Below, piece by piece: positions 50,898 through 64,000 of a stretch of DNA of 64,000 nucleotides. Numbering within the stretch: position 1 is the stretch's first letter; each line of letters starts with the position of its first letter. The position numbers and the translations under genes were made by a program. Below the pieces are notes generated by a model. It did no database searches and was not told the origin of the DNA. It saw only the letters and a list, made by a program, of their open reading frames with translations. Origin of the DNA: Lama guanicoe (Eukaryota); the NCBI GenBank assembly GCA_013239625.1, contig MU054122.1, forward strand, positions 584,773-648,772. The letters are read 5' to 3'.

Positions 50898-53800
50898 GTA
50901 AGTATTCTTTTAAATAGAACTATTTTTAAAAGCTTGACATACGTTTCTGCTGCTCTATTTTCTGTTGACACGTTTAATGATATTTTTTAAGAGCTAACAT
51001 TACAGGTGGAAGATTACAAATGAAGATATCTAAATATAATTATCTTTAAACCTACTTTGGTAGCTATACAGTTATTCTTATTTCCTTGTTACATTTTGAT
51101 AGTCCTGATAAATGAATAAAGTTACCAAACTTCATACCAAATTATTTGTGTTTAACAAGAAAATTACGTAAGTAAATTTTTATAAATTTGTATTTTTAGA
51201 ACTCTCTTAAAACCTTAAGTTTAGACGAATAAATAGTTTATTTTTGGATACCTTAGCTAACAGGAATTAGTATGACTACTGAAGATATGTACTAGAGATT
51301 TATGTGTTTTTAATTGTGGATTGTCAAAAAGCTAAAGATCACACTGATAAAACCAAGATACGCCACATTCCTCCAAAGGGAACAGTTGTAACTAAATATA
51401 GGTTGGCCTTTTAAAAAAGCTATTTTGCTCACTTTTGTCTGGTCAGTCATAAATCCCCTCAACTTGCATATGATTTTGTGTGATGGTATCTCTGTTTACT
51501 TTACAATATTTGTGTAATGTGGTTATTGTATGACCAAGACTTTGCGCTTGAAATGGCTGGGTTTTGTCTAATCATTTGCTGATGGGCTGGGTGGGGTAAA
51601 CTGAGCGAGTCATAGGGCTGACTACTACAGACAGGAGGGGAAATGCCAGAGAATCATTTATCGTGAATCACAACCCCTCCAGTCACTCTTGCTCCTCAGA
51701 TTAAAACACAAAACTGAGTTAGAGGCCACCAGGAAATCTGTGACCCTGAGCTTTATATTTTGTACTTTGTCCTTGGGTGGGGGATGATAGGCTCTTATGT
51801 TGAACATAACACAGTTGACATGATAAGATGGCAGCCAGTAAATCTGTTAGGGAAAAGTTACTCCCAAGGGACACCTGCCCTCCACAGCCAAGGGTATCCA
51901 TCTTAAACTGAGGAAGCTTGAGAATTACCAAGCCCTACGCTACTTCTCTAGGCTCCTTAACAACACAAGACTATTTTGAAATTGGACTGCTTTTAATTAG
52001 CCTGTATTTTCCATGTTAATGTGAACTTTCTCAGTTTTTAGTGAAAATTTCCTTTCACTAGAAAAAATTACACACATATATTTTTGGGAATAAGTTATTG
52101 GCATTTAGTGATCAATTGGATTTTAAAAAGGTAGATTGCCTTGTATTTAGAAGTCATGATGATGAGAGAATCAAAATAAGAGAACCCCAAGGAAGAAGTC
52201 AGTCTTGGGTAGAAGACCCTAGAGCATCTTGTACAACTGCTGCTTCTTAGTTAAAGAGCCTCCTTCTCAAACTCTTTTCTGCTCAAACTTAGGAGAGTTA
52301 ATGTCTGGTTTACTAACTCCACCATTTAATAAAAGTCAGACAGCAAAAAGCTAGCATTCATTCAAAATACCTTTGTAAATATTAATTATACATCTATTTG
52401 ATTTTTATGCAAACTTTGAACTCAGATAGTCTCCTATACTCATTTTAACAGTCATACTAATAAAATCAATTGTGTGAATTGTGAATGCAGGGAATGTAAA
52501 TTTATTCTCTGGAACATAAATTAATACATAAATTCAAAAACATAAATTACAATACATAAATCTGAACATAAGCAAGTATGCTGTAAATATGGTTCCAGTG
52601 CATGTGCTGTCTCAGAATCAAAGCAGCAGGATAGGGGTGGGTGACAAACGAAGTGTAGAATAATTTGACTCCTTGTAGAAAATGTTGGGAAAGAAAATAT
52701 ATTCTGTTCTTTGCTCTGTCCGGATAGTTTGAGATGCATACAATACTTGTCAACTTGTAGCAGCTTTGACCTTTTTCTAGATGAAACTAAGATCATCTAT
52801 CATGTTTGGATTTGTGGACACTCTTAACATTTCTTAATCACCTTAATTCCAAGCTACCAAAGTTTGATCTTTGAGTAGCTTTTCTCTTTCTAAATTTTAA
52901 AATAAAAGTTCTGCATTTGACATATGCTCATGCTTAAAGCAGTCTTCGCTAGTTCAATGCATCCTTTCTGCTAACCTATTACCAGTTGCAATACCTCAGT
53001 ATCAGGCAATTAACATGCCGTAACATCTAAGTGTGTCATTTCACGTAGACTGGGGCTCACTTGGGGATATTTTCTGGTACATAGATCTCTGAGGCATAGC
53101 AATCTCACCGAAGTACCTAGTACCTAATAATGTCAAGCCCCAGTCATGGGAACAAATAATAATACAAAATGTAGCCTGAGTGTCCCCAGCTCTTACTAGT
53201 GTGTGGGTGCACATGAGCACACCTTAATGTTTCCAAATGAATTCTGCTAGCTCAATACCAAGCTGTTAGTGCCTGGACTTCCATCTCTCTCCCTCTCCCA
53301 TATGGTTCCCTCTCACATTTTGCAACCAGACCCAACGTGGGTCTCCTGTGCTCTCATTTGTTGGTCCAGAATGTTGAACATCCTGCTGCCCCTGCTTTCC
53401 ACCCAGTCATCGTTCTCATGTACAGACAACTTGGTGGCTCTTTTCCCTCCACTTCGCTAGACTCTCTGCTCCACACACCCTTGCTACTACTGCCTCTTGC
53501 CTCTGGGATATTGCCTGATGCTCTGCTGGTGATTTTGACTGATTACCTTTCCTCTACCATTGGAATATTGACTTCACTCCACCGAGTTCTCTTTAACTAG
53601 AAGAGGTTCCAAACAGAGTCATGGAATAGCTATTTTCATTTGGAAACACAAGCCTTTTATCCCTAGGATGTATGTGTACTAACAGACTGGCTGCGCTTTA
53701 ATGCTTATATTAATGGCCATTCTCCTCCCCTGGAAACCACCATTTCCTCTCCTACTACTAGATTTTGTGGCTGATTCTGGTAGAGCCAGACTCCTCCTTC

Positions 53801-55213
53801 TTTGGAAGTAGCTTTTTTCCCATAGAGTCTCCTAGTGTCTCCTTACGTTAGCCTTCCCTATATTGTCTGAACCCCAAACCATGGTCCTGACCCCCCCACC
53901 GAGATTTCTTAATTCCCGTGTAAGCCAGTGACTGCAAACAGACACACAGTGGGAGTCCATGGTTAGGGAGTTAAGTTTTCACTCCTACCTTCAGGATTCA
54001 TTTGAACAGTGTGAGCCCAGCTCAAGCACCATGTTACAAAGCAGTGTAGCAGGGTGTCATGGTTAAAGTGCTCTGGGACCACAGGTGAAGGAAAACTTCG
54101 TTTTACCTAAGGCATTGAAGGTCAGAAAAGACTGAAGGAAATATCTGGAATTTGTAGGAGTTTGTAGGCAAAGATCATGAAGACACTTGCTCCACAGAAG
54201 GAAGGTTGGGTCTCAAGAAACTCAGGTGTATGTGTTTGGGAGGTAAATATAACTTTGGTTGGATTTCTCGCACTGAGTGGGCAAACCTGTTGCTGGAATA
54301 GAAGTTGCCCTCTTAAGACCAACAACTGTTGGCTTTTCAAACAGTCAATTTGGAAACCTCCAGAGATGCTTCAAGAACCACTCTAACAACTTCTGGTTGC
54401 AGGGAGGGCAGGAAGGGGAGCTGAATTGGGGTCTCTGGACGCCCCAATTCCTACTTCAACCAGAACAACACAATTCTTGTTTGCTTAGGGTATTTTTCAG
54501 TACGATTTCATTTGAAAAAATAGTTCTTCTGCTAAATGTCTGAAAAATCAGTCTAGGACCTCATTTAGAGTCCTGGCTCTACCTACCTATCTATCCAGGG
54601 TGGTGCTATAACTCAGGCAGCCAGTTCTCAACACCTCCAGCCATTGGTTCCCTAGGAGTCATGGCACTGCAACACCTAGAGGAAGTGTTCCCTCATCCAA
54701 GGTCTTGCGACAGCCGTTGCTCTGGGGCATGATGCAATCCAGTCCAATCCGATTCAACTGAGCCGCCAGAGCAGGACTATCCCAGGCCCAACACATCCCC
54801 AAATCAGACAACATTTCCAACATTCCATTTTGAATTTTTTTAATGTTTAATATTTTCTTTTTTTTTTCAAAATAATCCATATTTATTTCACAAGGTTATC
54901 AAATAGACATAAACAAAAAAGAAGAAAATGGAAATCAACCATAATCCTACACATTGGAGGTTTATAACTGATAGCATCTTGATGGGCCTTCTTAAGAAAA
55001 CCTATTTTGTGACTTTTTAATTTTTCTTCCTTAGCAATGTATGGTGGGTTATCATTCTTGTTAAAATATGGTGGGTGTTCATCTTGTTATTGCAGCTACT
55101 GCATCATTTTTATTGGTTGAATAATATTCCATAGCATTCGTGAGCCATGACTTACTAACTCACCTCCTGTTGTTGAGTGACTAGATGTTTTCAGCCTAGT
55201 TTTTAGCCACGAT

Positions 55214-55883
55214 TGTTACGACTTGTTCAGAAGTGAAAAGGGTTGAGAAGGTAAAGGCAAGGCTGTGGTTAAAACAAGTAAGGTGATGCGTGGGTGAGTC
55301 GGGCAGGGGAGAGGAGCCATGGTTAAGCCCACAGTGCGAGTGTGCCCTGTTTCCGGGGACCCTGTGCCGTGTATTCCGCAGCCTCTCGGCGAGGCGACTA
55401 GCCGAGCACAGGCTGGGGACACAGAGAGTTAACTGCCGCTGGACGACGGCCGGATGATACCAGGACGATGAACACAGTGTCCTCAGAAGACCCCGAGCGT
55501 CTGCGCATGCCCAGACTCCTGGGCGACAAGGCTTGCCGCAGACACGGACTATTATGGACTGGCTGCGCACGCAGACAAACGTGGAGGGGGCCATCGGGGG
55601 GTGTACAAACCCGGCGACAGGAGGTCTTGGCTACATTGGGGATCGCTGCGTAGTCAGACATGACTTGCTAGCAGTGAGATCAACAGGCTATTTGCGTGGA
55701 AAACGTCATAGCTCTTCGGAGGAGGCGGTTTCCACTGTCACATCAGTAAGAGGTGCCAGGTATGATGTTGGCAGCGTAGGATTTTCAAATAGATCTCTCA
55801 GTGGCCCTAGTCCAGTTCCTTCTGTGTAGTCTCTTTAAGACCCGGAGATTTAGGCCAAATGCTGCAGGGACTTCGGCTGCACA
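55214..55883. mobile_element. Putative CpG-rich solo LTR, family not recognised
   Basis: TG...CA termini; flanks cacgat (55208-55213) / catgat (55884-55889); interrupts an old minus-strand L1 fragment. Confidence 0.7.
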
Positions 55884-56183
55884 CATGATGAATTTCTTTA
55901 GGTGAAATGCCTCCGTGTGCAATTTCTGGCTCAAAGGATATGCCAGATTTTAACGCCTGGCATCTAAAATTTTTTTTAATGAAGTTCTCCGAGCAGTTCT
56001 GATGGCCACCCTGGTTGAGAGCTTTTGATTATAGGAAGGGTTAGAAACTGAGACAAATAGCAAGTTAAAAGCCAAGAGATCAAATCCAAATTCCCAAAGG
56101 AACCTCCTTTCCAGATTTCCTTGAAATGGAATCTGTTGCTCCGTAACCCAATAGAACGTGAGAGATGTCACAGAAGGTAAAAG

Positions 56184-56217
56184 GAAGAAAGAAAGAAAGA
56201 GAGAAAGAAAGAAAGAG

Positions 56218-56280
<63 letters not shown>

Positions 56281-56287
56281 AGGAAAG
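56184..56287. repeat. (GAAA)n microsatellite
   Basis: Seen directly. Confidence 0.95.
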
Positions 56288-58784
56288 ACCGCTTTTCTCT
56301 GAGTAAAAGGAATGGCATTTTGACTTCCCCTTTGCTTCTTTTTAAGAAAAAGAAATAGCTTAAACAATCGGAGCCCAGCGTGTGAGCTGGGTTTCTATAA
56401 TGTGTTTTGCAATGTGTTTAGAGAGTGCGTATGAGGAACACTGCGTTCAGGCCATGCCAAGAAGGGGGAGCATTTCCTTTCATAACCCTCCCTTTGCTGC
56501 TTAGAAGAAGGAAGTTTCAGGAAAGTGTGTTAGCTCTAGGAGTTTTTTTTCCCTGCTCAAGAAATGAGTAGCCGTTAACTGGACTCGGGATGAGAGAAGG
56601 GTAGAATTTCTGATTTATACCTTCTAACGAAGCACCAGCTGTCAGGATTAGGTCAGTGTAGATGGGGGCCAGAAACGATACTGCAGTCATCCCTGCGCCA
56701 AATGACATGGGATATCAGGTGCTCTCAGAACTCAAGCTGGGATTTCCTTTGATTAGAGCAACTTTACAGGATTTTAACAATTGGACATTTACTCATCAAT
56801 GTTTTCTGAGGGAGGAAATAACATTTATGTATAGTTTTAGTATGTAAAGTGAGATTCTTAAGAACAGCAAGATGTTTTTCAAAACAAGTATTTCAGGGAG
56901 ACATAAGGATAAGGGAACATAAAGAATCGGCATGTATTAGTCTATAATACCAACAAAAGTTGGAATTTAAAGCCCCAGTTGGAAGTTCAAGGTGTAGGTC
57001 ATGGTTCTCTGCATCTAGATTTCCTTGTGTAGGACTGAAAAGAGTGACATAGGTTGCTGAGCCGATGGGCAGACACCCTGGGTCATTTTTTGTTTAAATT
57101 GTGTGTTTATTACTAGTGGGGCCCTACGCATGGGGACACCCATGTGCTCAGACTCTGCATTCACAGGCTATTTTAGGAGCCCAAGTCCCCCTCTTTCTGA
57201 CAGGATGAGTGTTCCAAAGGCTGCTTCCTATGAACTCACAAGCGCTTTCTTCTTGGAATCGCACATCGGCACTTTTGTTCCCCTGCCTGGTGACTCCTGC
57301 CATGACCGCCACCACTGCTGGTGTTGGAGTCACAGTCTGCCCTCTCCCGTCTCCGCCTCCATGCCCGCAGAGCTCTGGGGGCTGTGTGAATGCCACTGGG
57401 TCTTCCCTTACCATGGAGCTAGGCAGGTCCCCAGGCTGCGCTGCCAGGAGCCCCAGCTGTCCTCTGGGGCTTGTTAGCATGAGCGGTCCCGTGGTCTTCC
57501 TTAAAGGGCTCTCTCTCCAGGACCCAGGGCAGAAGGCAGTGTGCGTGGTACATTCTGTGCAGGGTTCCTAAGTCCTTCCTGTTGACTTGGAGGGTGATGG
57601 AGGAGGTTTGAGGGGATCGGGCTGGGGAAGGGGGGCTATTTTTCACTCAGTTTGGATGCTTTGGCTGACTTGCCTTAGTGCAGCTTTTTCCTCCAGGATA
57701 CCCATGTCTCCCTCATGGTCATAGACTCCAGAACAAGAATTCCTCCCATCTTTGATGCAGCCAGTCTTTCTGGAGGATCTGTTCTATACCAGGCACTCTG
57801 CTAGGTGCTGGGGATACAATGGTGGGTGAGAGCAGGCAGAGTCCCCTTTGCATGGAGCTCACAGTCTAGCAGGCATAATAGTACGTGTTTCAACTATACC
57901 AACAAATACGTATACTTAAATCTGAGGTAAGTCCTCCAAAGACAGTGAATCAGGTGCATGCTCAATGCATCCATTTTTGTCACCCAGATTGGGCTCATGC
58001 TGAGGTTCCTAACTGTGGTCTGTATCCAAGCACTTCCTGGTAGAGGCATTTCAAACCACATTAATATCTAGAATTATTTATTATATATGAAAGCATATTA
58101 AACATTATATGCTTATTACATTGTTAACATAATGAAATTATTGATTATTATAGTGCATATAATATGCCTAATATAATACATTGATATTAAAAATAGAAAA
58201 ATAATTTTTCTATTTATATATTATAAATTAAATTACTCTCTCTGACCTAAACACATATTAAAGGGGAGAAGGGTCAGAAGTTCCCATATGAAAAGCTGAA
58301 GATTAGAAAATTTAGGAAGTTGGAATATTTTTAAATCGACAGATTTACCAGTTTTTAGCTATTTTTGTCCAGTGTTAGGTGAATCTATAAAGTAATGGTA
58401 GAGAAGATGGCCTTTAAAGTGTGGAGCCATTCAGCTGTGTCCTCAGACAAAAGAATTCTCTTAAAATTTCACATTGCCTAAAGTTCAGAAACGATGCATT
58501 TATTTCTGGTCAGGTTTATGCAATGCCCAGCAAGGAACTGCAACTGAATTTGAGGGCTTCTGAATTTACTGAGTAACAATACAATGCCTATTTTTAGATT
58601 TTTGTTGTTGTTGACTTATAGTCAGTTGCAGCGCATCAGCTTCTGGTGTACAGCTGTGAATGCATGCCCCCGAGGTCTTGCAGAACTGATGAGGTGTTGA
58701 ATTATTTGTCTTGAATGCATTAATGTTATTAATTATTATTATTTGTTGAAAACTTTCATAGAATTTTGAGCACAGAGAGAAGTA

Positions 58785-58990
58785 TACTAGGCAGTGTTTA
58801 AACAACTGTCTCTCCTGGGGGAGGGGAAATCCCTGATTTGTGCATTTGCCAGTTTTTTCTGGTGTGAATACTCTCACCATGGCCAGTTTCAAGATAACGA
58901 GGTGGTATGGCTGAATTGATCACGGGATTGAGAAGAGGTACACATGACAGGCTGTCGTTGGCTGGTGCAAGCTGTCTCTGCCTGCACAGG
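58785..58990. mobile_element. hAT MITE (MER63A-like)
   Basis: ccctgatttgtgcatttgcc..ggtgtgaatactctcaccatggccagtttcaag. Confidence 0.65.
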
Positions 58991-59780
58991 GTCCACCCCT
59001 GCAGCAGCATTTTTCTTTGTGACATGAACAGACAAATCTAAGAATTAATGAATTAGGTTCTGTAGTGTGACACTATTTCTCCCACTTTTTGACCTGCCTC
59101 CATATATGAGATTCTGGATAACTATCACCGAAGTTTAACAAAATGTAATCACTCTTAACTGTTTGTTTACTGCATTCTATTTTCTATTCTATTCTATTCT
59201 AATTCATTTAAAACGATAGATACTTTAGAGGTTGCTACTTTTTATTTACTTAGCACACATATGGCTGTTGTGTTGGGTCAGGCACTATTTTAAATGCTTT
59301 ACCAAGATTGACTCATTCTTTCTTCATAACCATGCTGGGAGGGAGGTGCTAGATTTCATCATTTACTATTTGGCAATGATGTTACTTGTCTCCCCAGCCT
59401 CAGACTTGCTCCTCAAAGGAAGACCTGCTAGTCGGTGGAGAGGGTCAAGACAACAGTGTTTGCAATTTGTGTTTTAAACATTTAAAAATATTAAAATGTT
59501 TATTTTAGATTTAAAATACACATATAAAGTAGGTGTATATTTTATTATGTTTTTATTCTCTAAAAGTGTTATGACTAAAAGTGCTTTGTGTACTTAATAT
59601 TTTTTTCAAAAAGTTTTCAAAAGGCACTGACTTCTTCTTTTCCGAATTTTTTTTCTTTTCTCAGAAAATTATGTCTAAATCATTAGCGTTTTGCTTTCTC
59701 AAGACCATTTCTCTCTCAGGGAAAAATTTTGATCTTGGGGATTGTTAACTAAGACTAGTCATACTTTTTCTAGATGAGTC

Positions 59781-59870
59781 TTTTTTTTTTCAGTGGAAGT
59801 GCTGGGGATTGAACCCAGGACCTTGATGCATACTAAGCATACGCTCTACCACTGAGCTATACCCTCCCCT
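59781..59870 (-). mobile_element. Camelid tRNA-derived SINE monomer
   Basis: T-tail, ctggggattgaacccaggacc..ctaccactgagctataccctcccc; TSD atgagtctt (from 59774 and 59875). Confidence 0.88.
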
Positions 59871-60254
59871 CTGAATGAGTCTTCAATTGGATCTTTGGGG
59901 TGCTGTGAACTGAGTTACAATCTCATTTCACATCAGCTTCCTTGACAGCCTCAAGAGCCTCTTTGCTGAATCTCCATGTCCTCTCTGGCTCCCCTGCCTT
60001 CCACTGTCCTCATCTTCAGTGGCTTTCCTTGAACTTAGAATAAAGCCCCAAACCCTTATTAAGGCCCATAAGACTCGGCATCGCCTGGCTGTGCCATAGA
60101 CCATGTGATCTAGTGATGAAGGGTTTGAGGTTCATGTTCTGGTCCCTCTCCTTGCTAGCTGTGTGACCTTGGAAACAATTCTTATTCTCCCTCTGCCTCA
60201 GTTTATTCACCTTTAAAATGGGAAAATAATAGTATCTCCATCATTGAGATTCAT

Positions 60255-60497
60255 TGTTTTATTGAAGTATAGTGATTTATAATATTGTGCTAGTTTCAGG
60301 TGTACAGTAAGGATTCAGCTTTATATATATATTTTAGATTATTTTCCGTTATAGATTATTCCAGGATATTGAATATAATTCCCTGTTGTTATGCAGTAGA
60401 TCCTTATTGCTTGTCTATTTTATGCATAGTAGTTGGCATCTATTAATCTCATACTCTGAATTTGTCCTCCCCACCCCTCTTTCCCCTTTGGTAAGCA
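60255..60497 (-). mobile_element. L1 3' end inserted into a plus-strand MIR (~60110-60600)
   Basis: attgaagtatag..tttcaggtgtacag..ttcccctttggtaa; MIR core ctgcctcagttt..aaaatggg on the left. Confidence 0.75.
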
Positions 60498-61518
60498 CAT
60501 CACAGAGTTTTTCTAAGGATTAAGAGATTTGATGGATAGATAGGGCTTAGATCAATACCTGGTATAAAGGAAGCCTTTAATAAATACTGGCTCTTCTCTC
60601 CTTCCCTCTCTGCCTCCCCAGCGCCTCACCACACTCTCTTTCCTTCAGTTCACAGGGTCTTTACACATGCTCTTCCCACCACCTGGAAAGTTCCTTTCTC
60701 CATTCTTCACCTAATTCATTCCTGTTTATTCTTTAGGTCTCTGCTTAATGGTCACTTCTCAGATGATCCATCCTTGACTCCCAGTCTCATGCAGACCCCC
60801 CGTGATGCTCTCTTGGCACAGAACTTACCTTCCTTTTAAAGTCTTGCCACAGTTTATTCTTCTGTATTTCACGAGGCGATCCCGGGAAACAAAGTGGGAA
60901 AGGCGGGGGCATTACCTGCTGCTCTGTTCTCAATGACCAGCCTGAGCTTGCAGCAGCACTCCACAGTTTGTCTGCTCACAGCAGGCAGCCTGGGTTTCCA
61001 AGTGGCCTAGCCCTTCACCATCATGAGCAGTTGGAAGCTGCTGTTTGGAGAGGTGATTTGGAAGTCTCTCCCCCCATAGCAGGACTGTCCAGCATGTTCC
61101 TGCTGTGGGCACGTGACTCCAGCCCCACTCATTCCTCAAAAGAGCCTGCCTTTGCCCCTAAGCTGAGTTTTGCCTTTGCCAGGTTGCCTTTAAATAGTGC
61201 CGTTTTTGAACGAATAAAATTACAATGTCGATTTCATTAAAAAGGGCATTTTTTAGTATCAGCTTCCATCCTGCCTTGTCTTTAGGTACCTTTTTTGTGA
61301 TTCCTTGCCCTCTTTTCTCTCTCTTTTTATTTAAATAACTTTGATTGCTTTCTTTTTTTCTCTGCAAGAGGAACACACGCTCACTCTTGAAAATTCTTCA
61401 TTACTGATTTGTTAAGTTGTGCTTATGTTTTCCCCTGTAAGTGAAATAAAACTTTAAGGGAACAAGTTAGAGATAGAAATCCATTACTAGTAAGAAATAA
61501 TAAAGTAAAAAAGGTGTG

Positions 61519-61612
61519 TGTATATGTCCATGAATGACTGAAAAATTGTGCTGAACACTGGAATTTGACACAACACTGTAAAATGATTATGAATCAATAA
61601 AAAATGTAAAAA
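61519..61612 (+). mobile_element. Very short young L1 3' end
   Basis: ctgaaaaattgtgctg..caataaaaaatg; TSD aaaaaaggtgtg (61507-61518 / 61613-61624). Confidence 0.85.
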
Positions 61613-63784
61613 AAAAAAGGTGTGAGTCCCTTGCTTAACCATGTGTCTGTTATCAAAATTGCATTTCCTCAATTACTTAGCTTTCGTAGTAAGGATAAAA
61701 AGTTGTTTTGGCAACCGACATCAGATGTGGTGGCCATGACACAGAAAGGCTATTTTTATTTTTTTGGAGCAGTGTGACCTCTAAGGAGGTGAGTAGATGG
61801 CTCTCATGGTGCTTGTATCTTTTACGATTTGCACAAATTGCTCAAACAGTAATCAGTAATTGCACAATTAGTAACAGTAAACAGTAATTAGCATGTATTT
61901 TATGCAAATAAATATAGTTTTCTCCAAATGGAACACTAACAACTAACAGCAACAATAAAAAGAATTCCAGCTACAAGGGGAAATTTTAAAAAGAATAACT
62001 TGGAGGGAAAATAATCATGGCGCGGAAGGGAACAGTATTGGATCCATGAAGGTTTACATGGTTCAAGGATAAATGTGGTGGTCCGTTCCAATGACCAAAC
62101 GATGTCTTGACATCCTCAACTCTACGCTGCCTTCTGGGAGGCCAGCGGAGCTTCCCAGCTGATAGTGACAATGCTTCTTTCTTGGACAGAGGATAGCGGA
62201 GTCTGTAAACTTGTCCCCAAGTCTAAACTAGTCTCTGATGCACTATGGAGAACTATGAAGTTCCCCGCCCTGATTTCACCAAATGTACATGGACTAGGGG
62301 CTTTGCATTTCATTAAAAATGAACTCTAGCTAAGAATTCATTTTTCACACTGACCGCTGTTACCCTCAGATGTTATGGCTGCCACTGACTGTTTAAAAAA
62401 TGTTAAAGTGTCACTTCTTAGATTGCCACTTCCTGTTGAAACAGTGCTGAATTTGCAGTCATCTTCAGTAGCCGAAGTTATATGCTGTGTTGTTTATGTT
62501 GACAGAGGAATTTGAATTTTCCTTGGAACACTTTTAACTACTGAGAGAGGTGAAGGAGAATGCGCTAAGACATGATGTTATTCTAAGAAACATATTTTCA
62601 ATATTGATTTTTTGGGCGGAAAGTCAGAGGTACAACTGATACAAGTGAGCATCTGAGTTTAAAAAGAGATAATTTATGATTATTAAAAGAATAGTAATTA
62701 GCATAAATTTTTCTCCCTTGACTGTAATTAATCCAAATGACACCTACTCATGCCTCTTCTTTGGTGAAGATGGTTCTAAGGGTCACAGGCCCTAACACTG
62801 ATTTACACTTGATTCTTACCAGAAGTAAATATTTTATCAATAATTTATTTTTTAAGTTTATAAATGTACTCATTTCACACTTAAAGTTTTAAAATAACTA
62901 ATTGTATAAAAATAAAGCTGAAGTTTGTTTTTGCCCTTTTAAACTCCCACTTACAGTCATCAAGTGTTTTATTAGTCACTAATCATAATAACTTATTTGT
63001 TTTGAAATGTTTTTACTCCTGCTCAATACAGTTCAGCAAATTTTTATTGACTTTGTATCTTTAACCTTTAGAGCTATTGCTTCTAATGACTCCCTTTAAA
63101 TTATGTCTTATCAAGTAGTGTGGTGGCTCAGCTTGTTCACTGAGTAAATTTGTCAAGGCCTGAGAAATCCTTAGTAACAAAAATAGTGCTTAAGTGGACA
63201 AATGTTTGGAAAAGAATGTGCTGTTCCTTTCATGTCAAAAAATCATAGCATTAGCACCGTTAGTAAGTCCTTAGTGAGACTTGAGGGTCCCTTCATACCC
63301 CCCAACCTCAATGCCCACGTGTACATGGGAAGACACACGGTCCCTCTCTCTCTTCCCCATCTCTTTCTCCCTCTCTCTCTCACAGACACACATACAGATA
63401 CACATATACACGCACACACTATGTGATTTTAATGAGGAAACATCCTCCTCATTCAGATGACTGACATGTTCACCCACCACACCTCATGGCCACAGGTGAA
63501 ATACTTTAGTCTAACCAATCACATTGATCAGTTCAATAACGTTGGGGGAAAGAACAGCTTAAAAATCTTGGATTCAGACCCCCCTCATGGTCAAATGAGA
63601 CCCTCTTAGCACCAAATTCTAAGCCTGGCGATCTGGGTTGCAGTGACTTGTTGGCCTCTTATAAAATAACAGGATTGGACCATTGTACTTTTAGATCCAT
63701 TCGATTTTATGATATGTGTATGTTTTATAATTAGCATATTGTGTGTGGCCTCTAGAAAGTGACAGCAGCCATAAAGTTAAGAAA

Positions 63785-63980
63785 TTGGCATGAATTTCTG
63801 CTCTGCCCATTACAAACAATGTAGTTAAATTTGGGTGTCATTTCACCCCTTGGGGTTCAGTTTCCATGTTTATAAAATGGGATTATAATCCCTATCTCTC
63901 AACTCCCCCCGCTGAGGATTAAATGAGATAATGTGTGAAAGTGCTTACTTAGCCCTGTAATGAGTAATGGCTATTATTCT
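63785..63980 (+). mobile_element. MIR SINE
   Basis: cagtttcc..taaaatggg..gaggattaaatgagataatg..gctattatt. Confidence 0.8.
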
Positions 63981-64000
63981 GAAATGGTAAAAATGACTTA

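Noticed and set aside
55213..55226. Minus-strand ACAAGTCGTAACAA resembling the conserved 3' end of SSU rRNA
   Set aside because: Only ~14 bp with no flanking rRNA similarity; it coincides with the putative LTR terminus.
55950..56367. FFLS/KKER-repeat ORFs
   Set aside because: Translations of the (GAAA)n microsatellite.
57100..57650. GC-rich patch with overlapping 110-124 aa ORFs on both strands
   Set aside because: No resemblance to TMEM236 exon 4 or any protein I recognise; open frames are explained by GC content.
59791..59870. tRNA-like sequences (also 37921 and 41125-41297)
   Set aside because: They have tails, TSDs or tandem arrangement, and divergence typical of SINEs, not tRNA genes.
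50898..64000. Search for TMEM236 final coding exon
   Set aside because: No segment matching the recalled C-terminal half was found; it probably lies beyond the window, so this is not evidence of gene loss.

Overview
This is mammalian genomic DNA, most likely camelid (alpaca/camel), judged from the tRNA-derived SINEs and young L1 3' ends. It holds the last coding exon and 3' UTR of STAM (+; CDS ends 3337) and the first three coding exons of TMEM236 (+; 32343-32599, 45022-45094, 50759-50897). The final TMEM236 exon was not found and probably lies beyond the window. Most of the rest is intronic/intergenic repeat (L1, L2, MIR, MaLR/ERVL LTRs, hAT DNA transposons, SINEs, microsatellites), and nearly all ORF-track entries are spurious. 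I see no new multi-gene system. The most notable items are: a near-perfect 2.2-kb tandem duplication in TMEM236 intron 2 with its few differences clustered; a CpG-island-like 670-bp TG...CA element with a 6-bp TSD in intron 3; an L1 with an apparent 3' transduction; a rearranged TSD-bounded L1 block; a CpG-rich 54-bp tandem duplication; and a promoter-like motif cluster near 11.8 kb. Gene and repeat names come from recalled sequences, not from searches.
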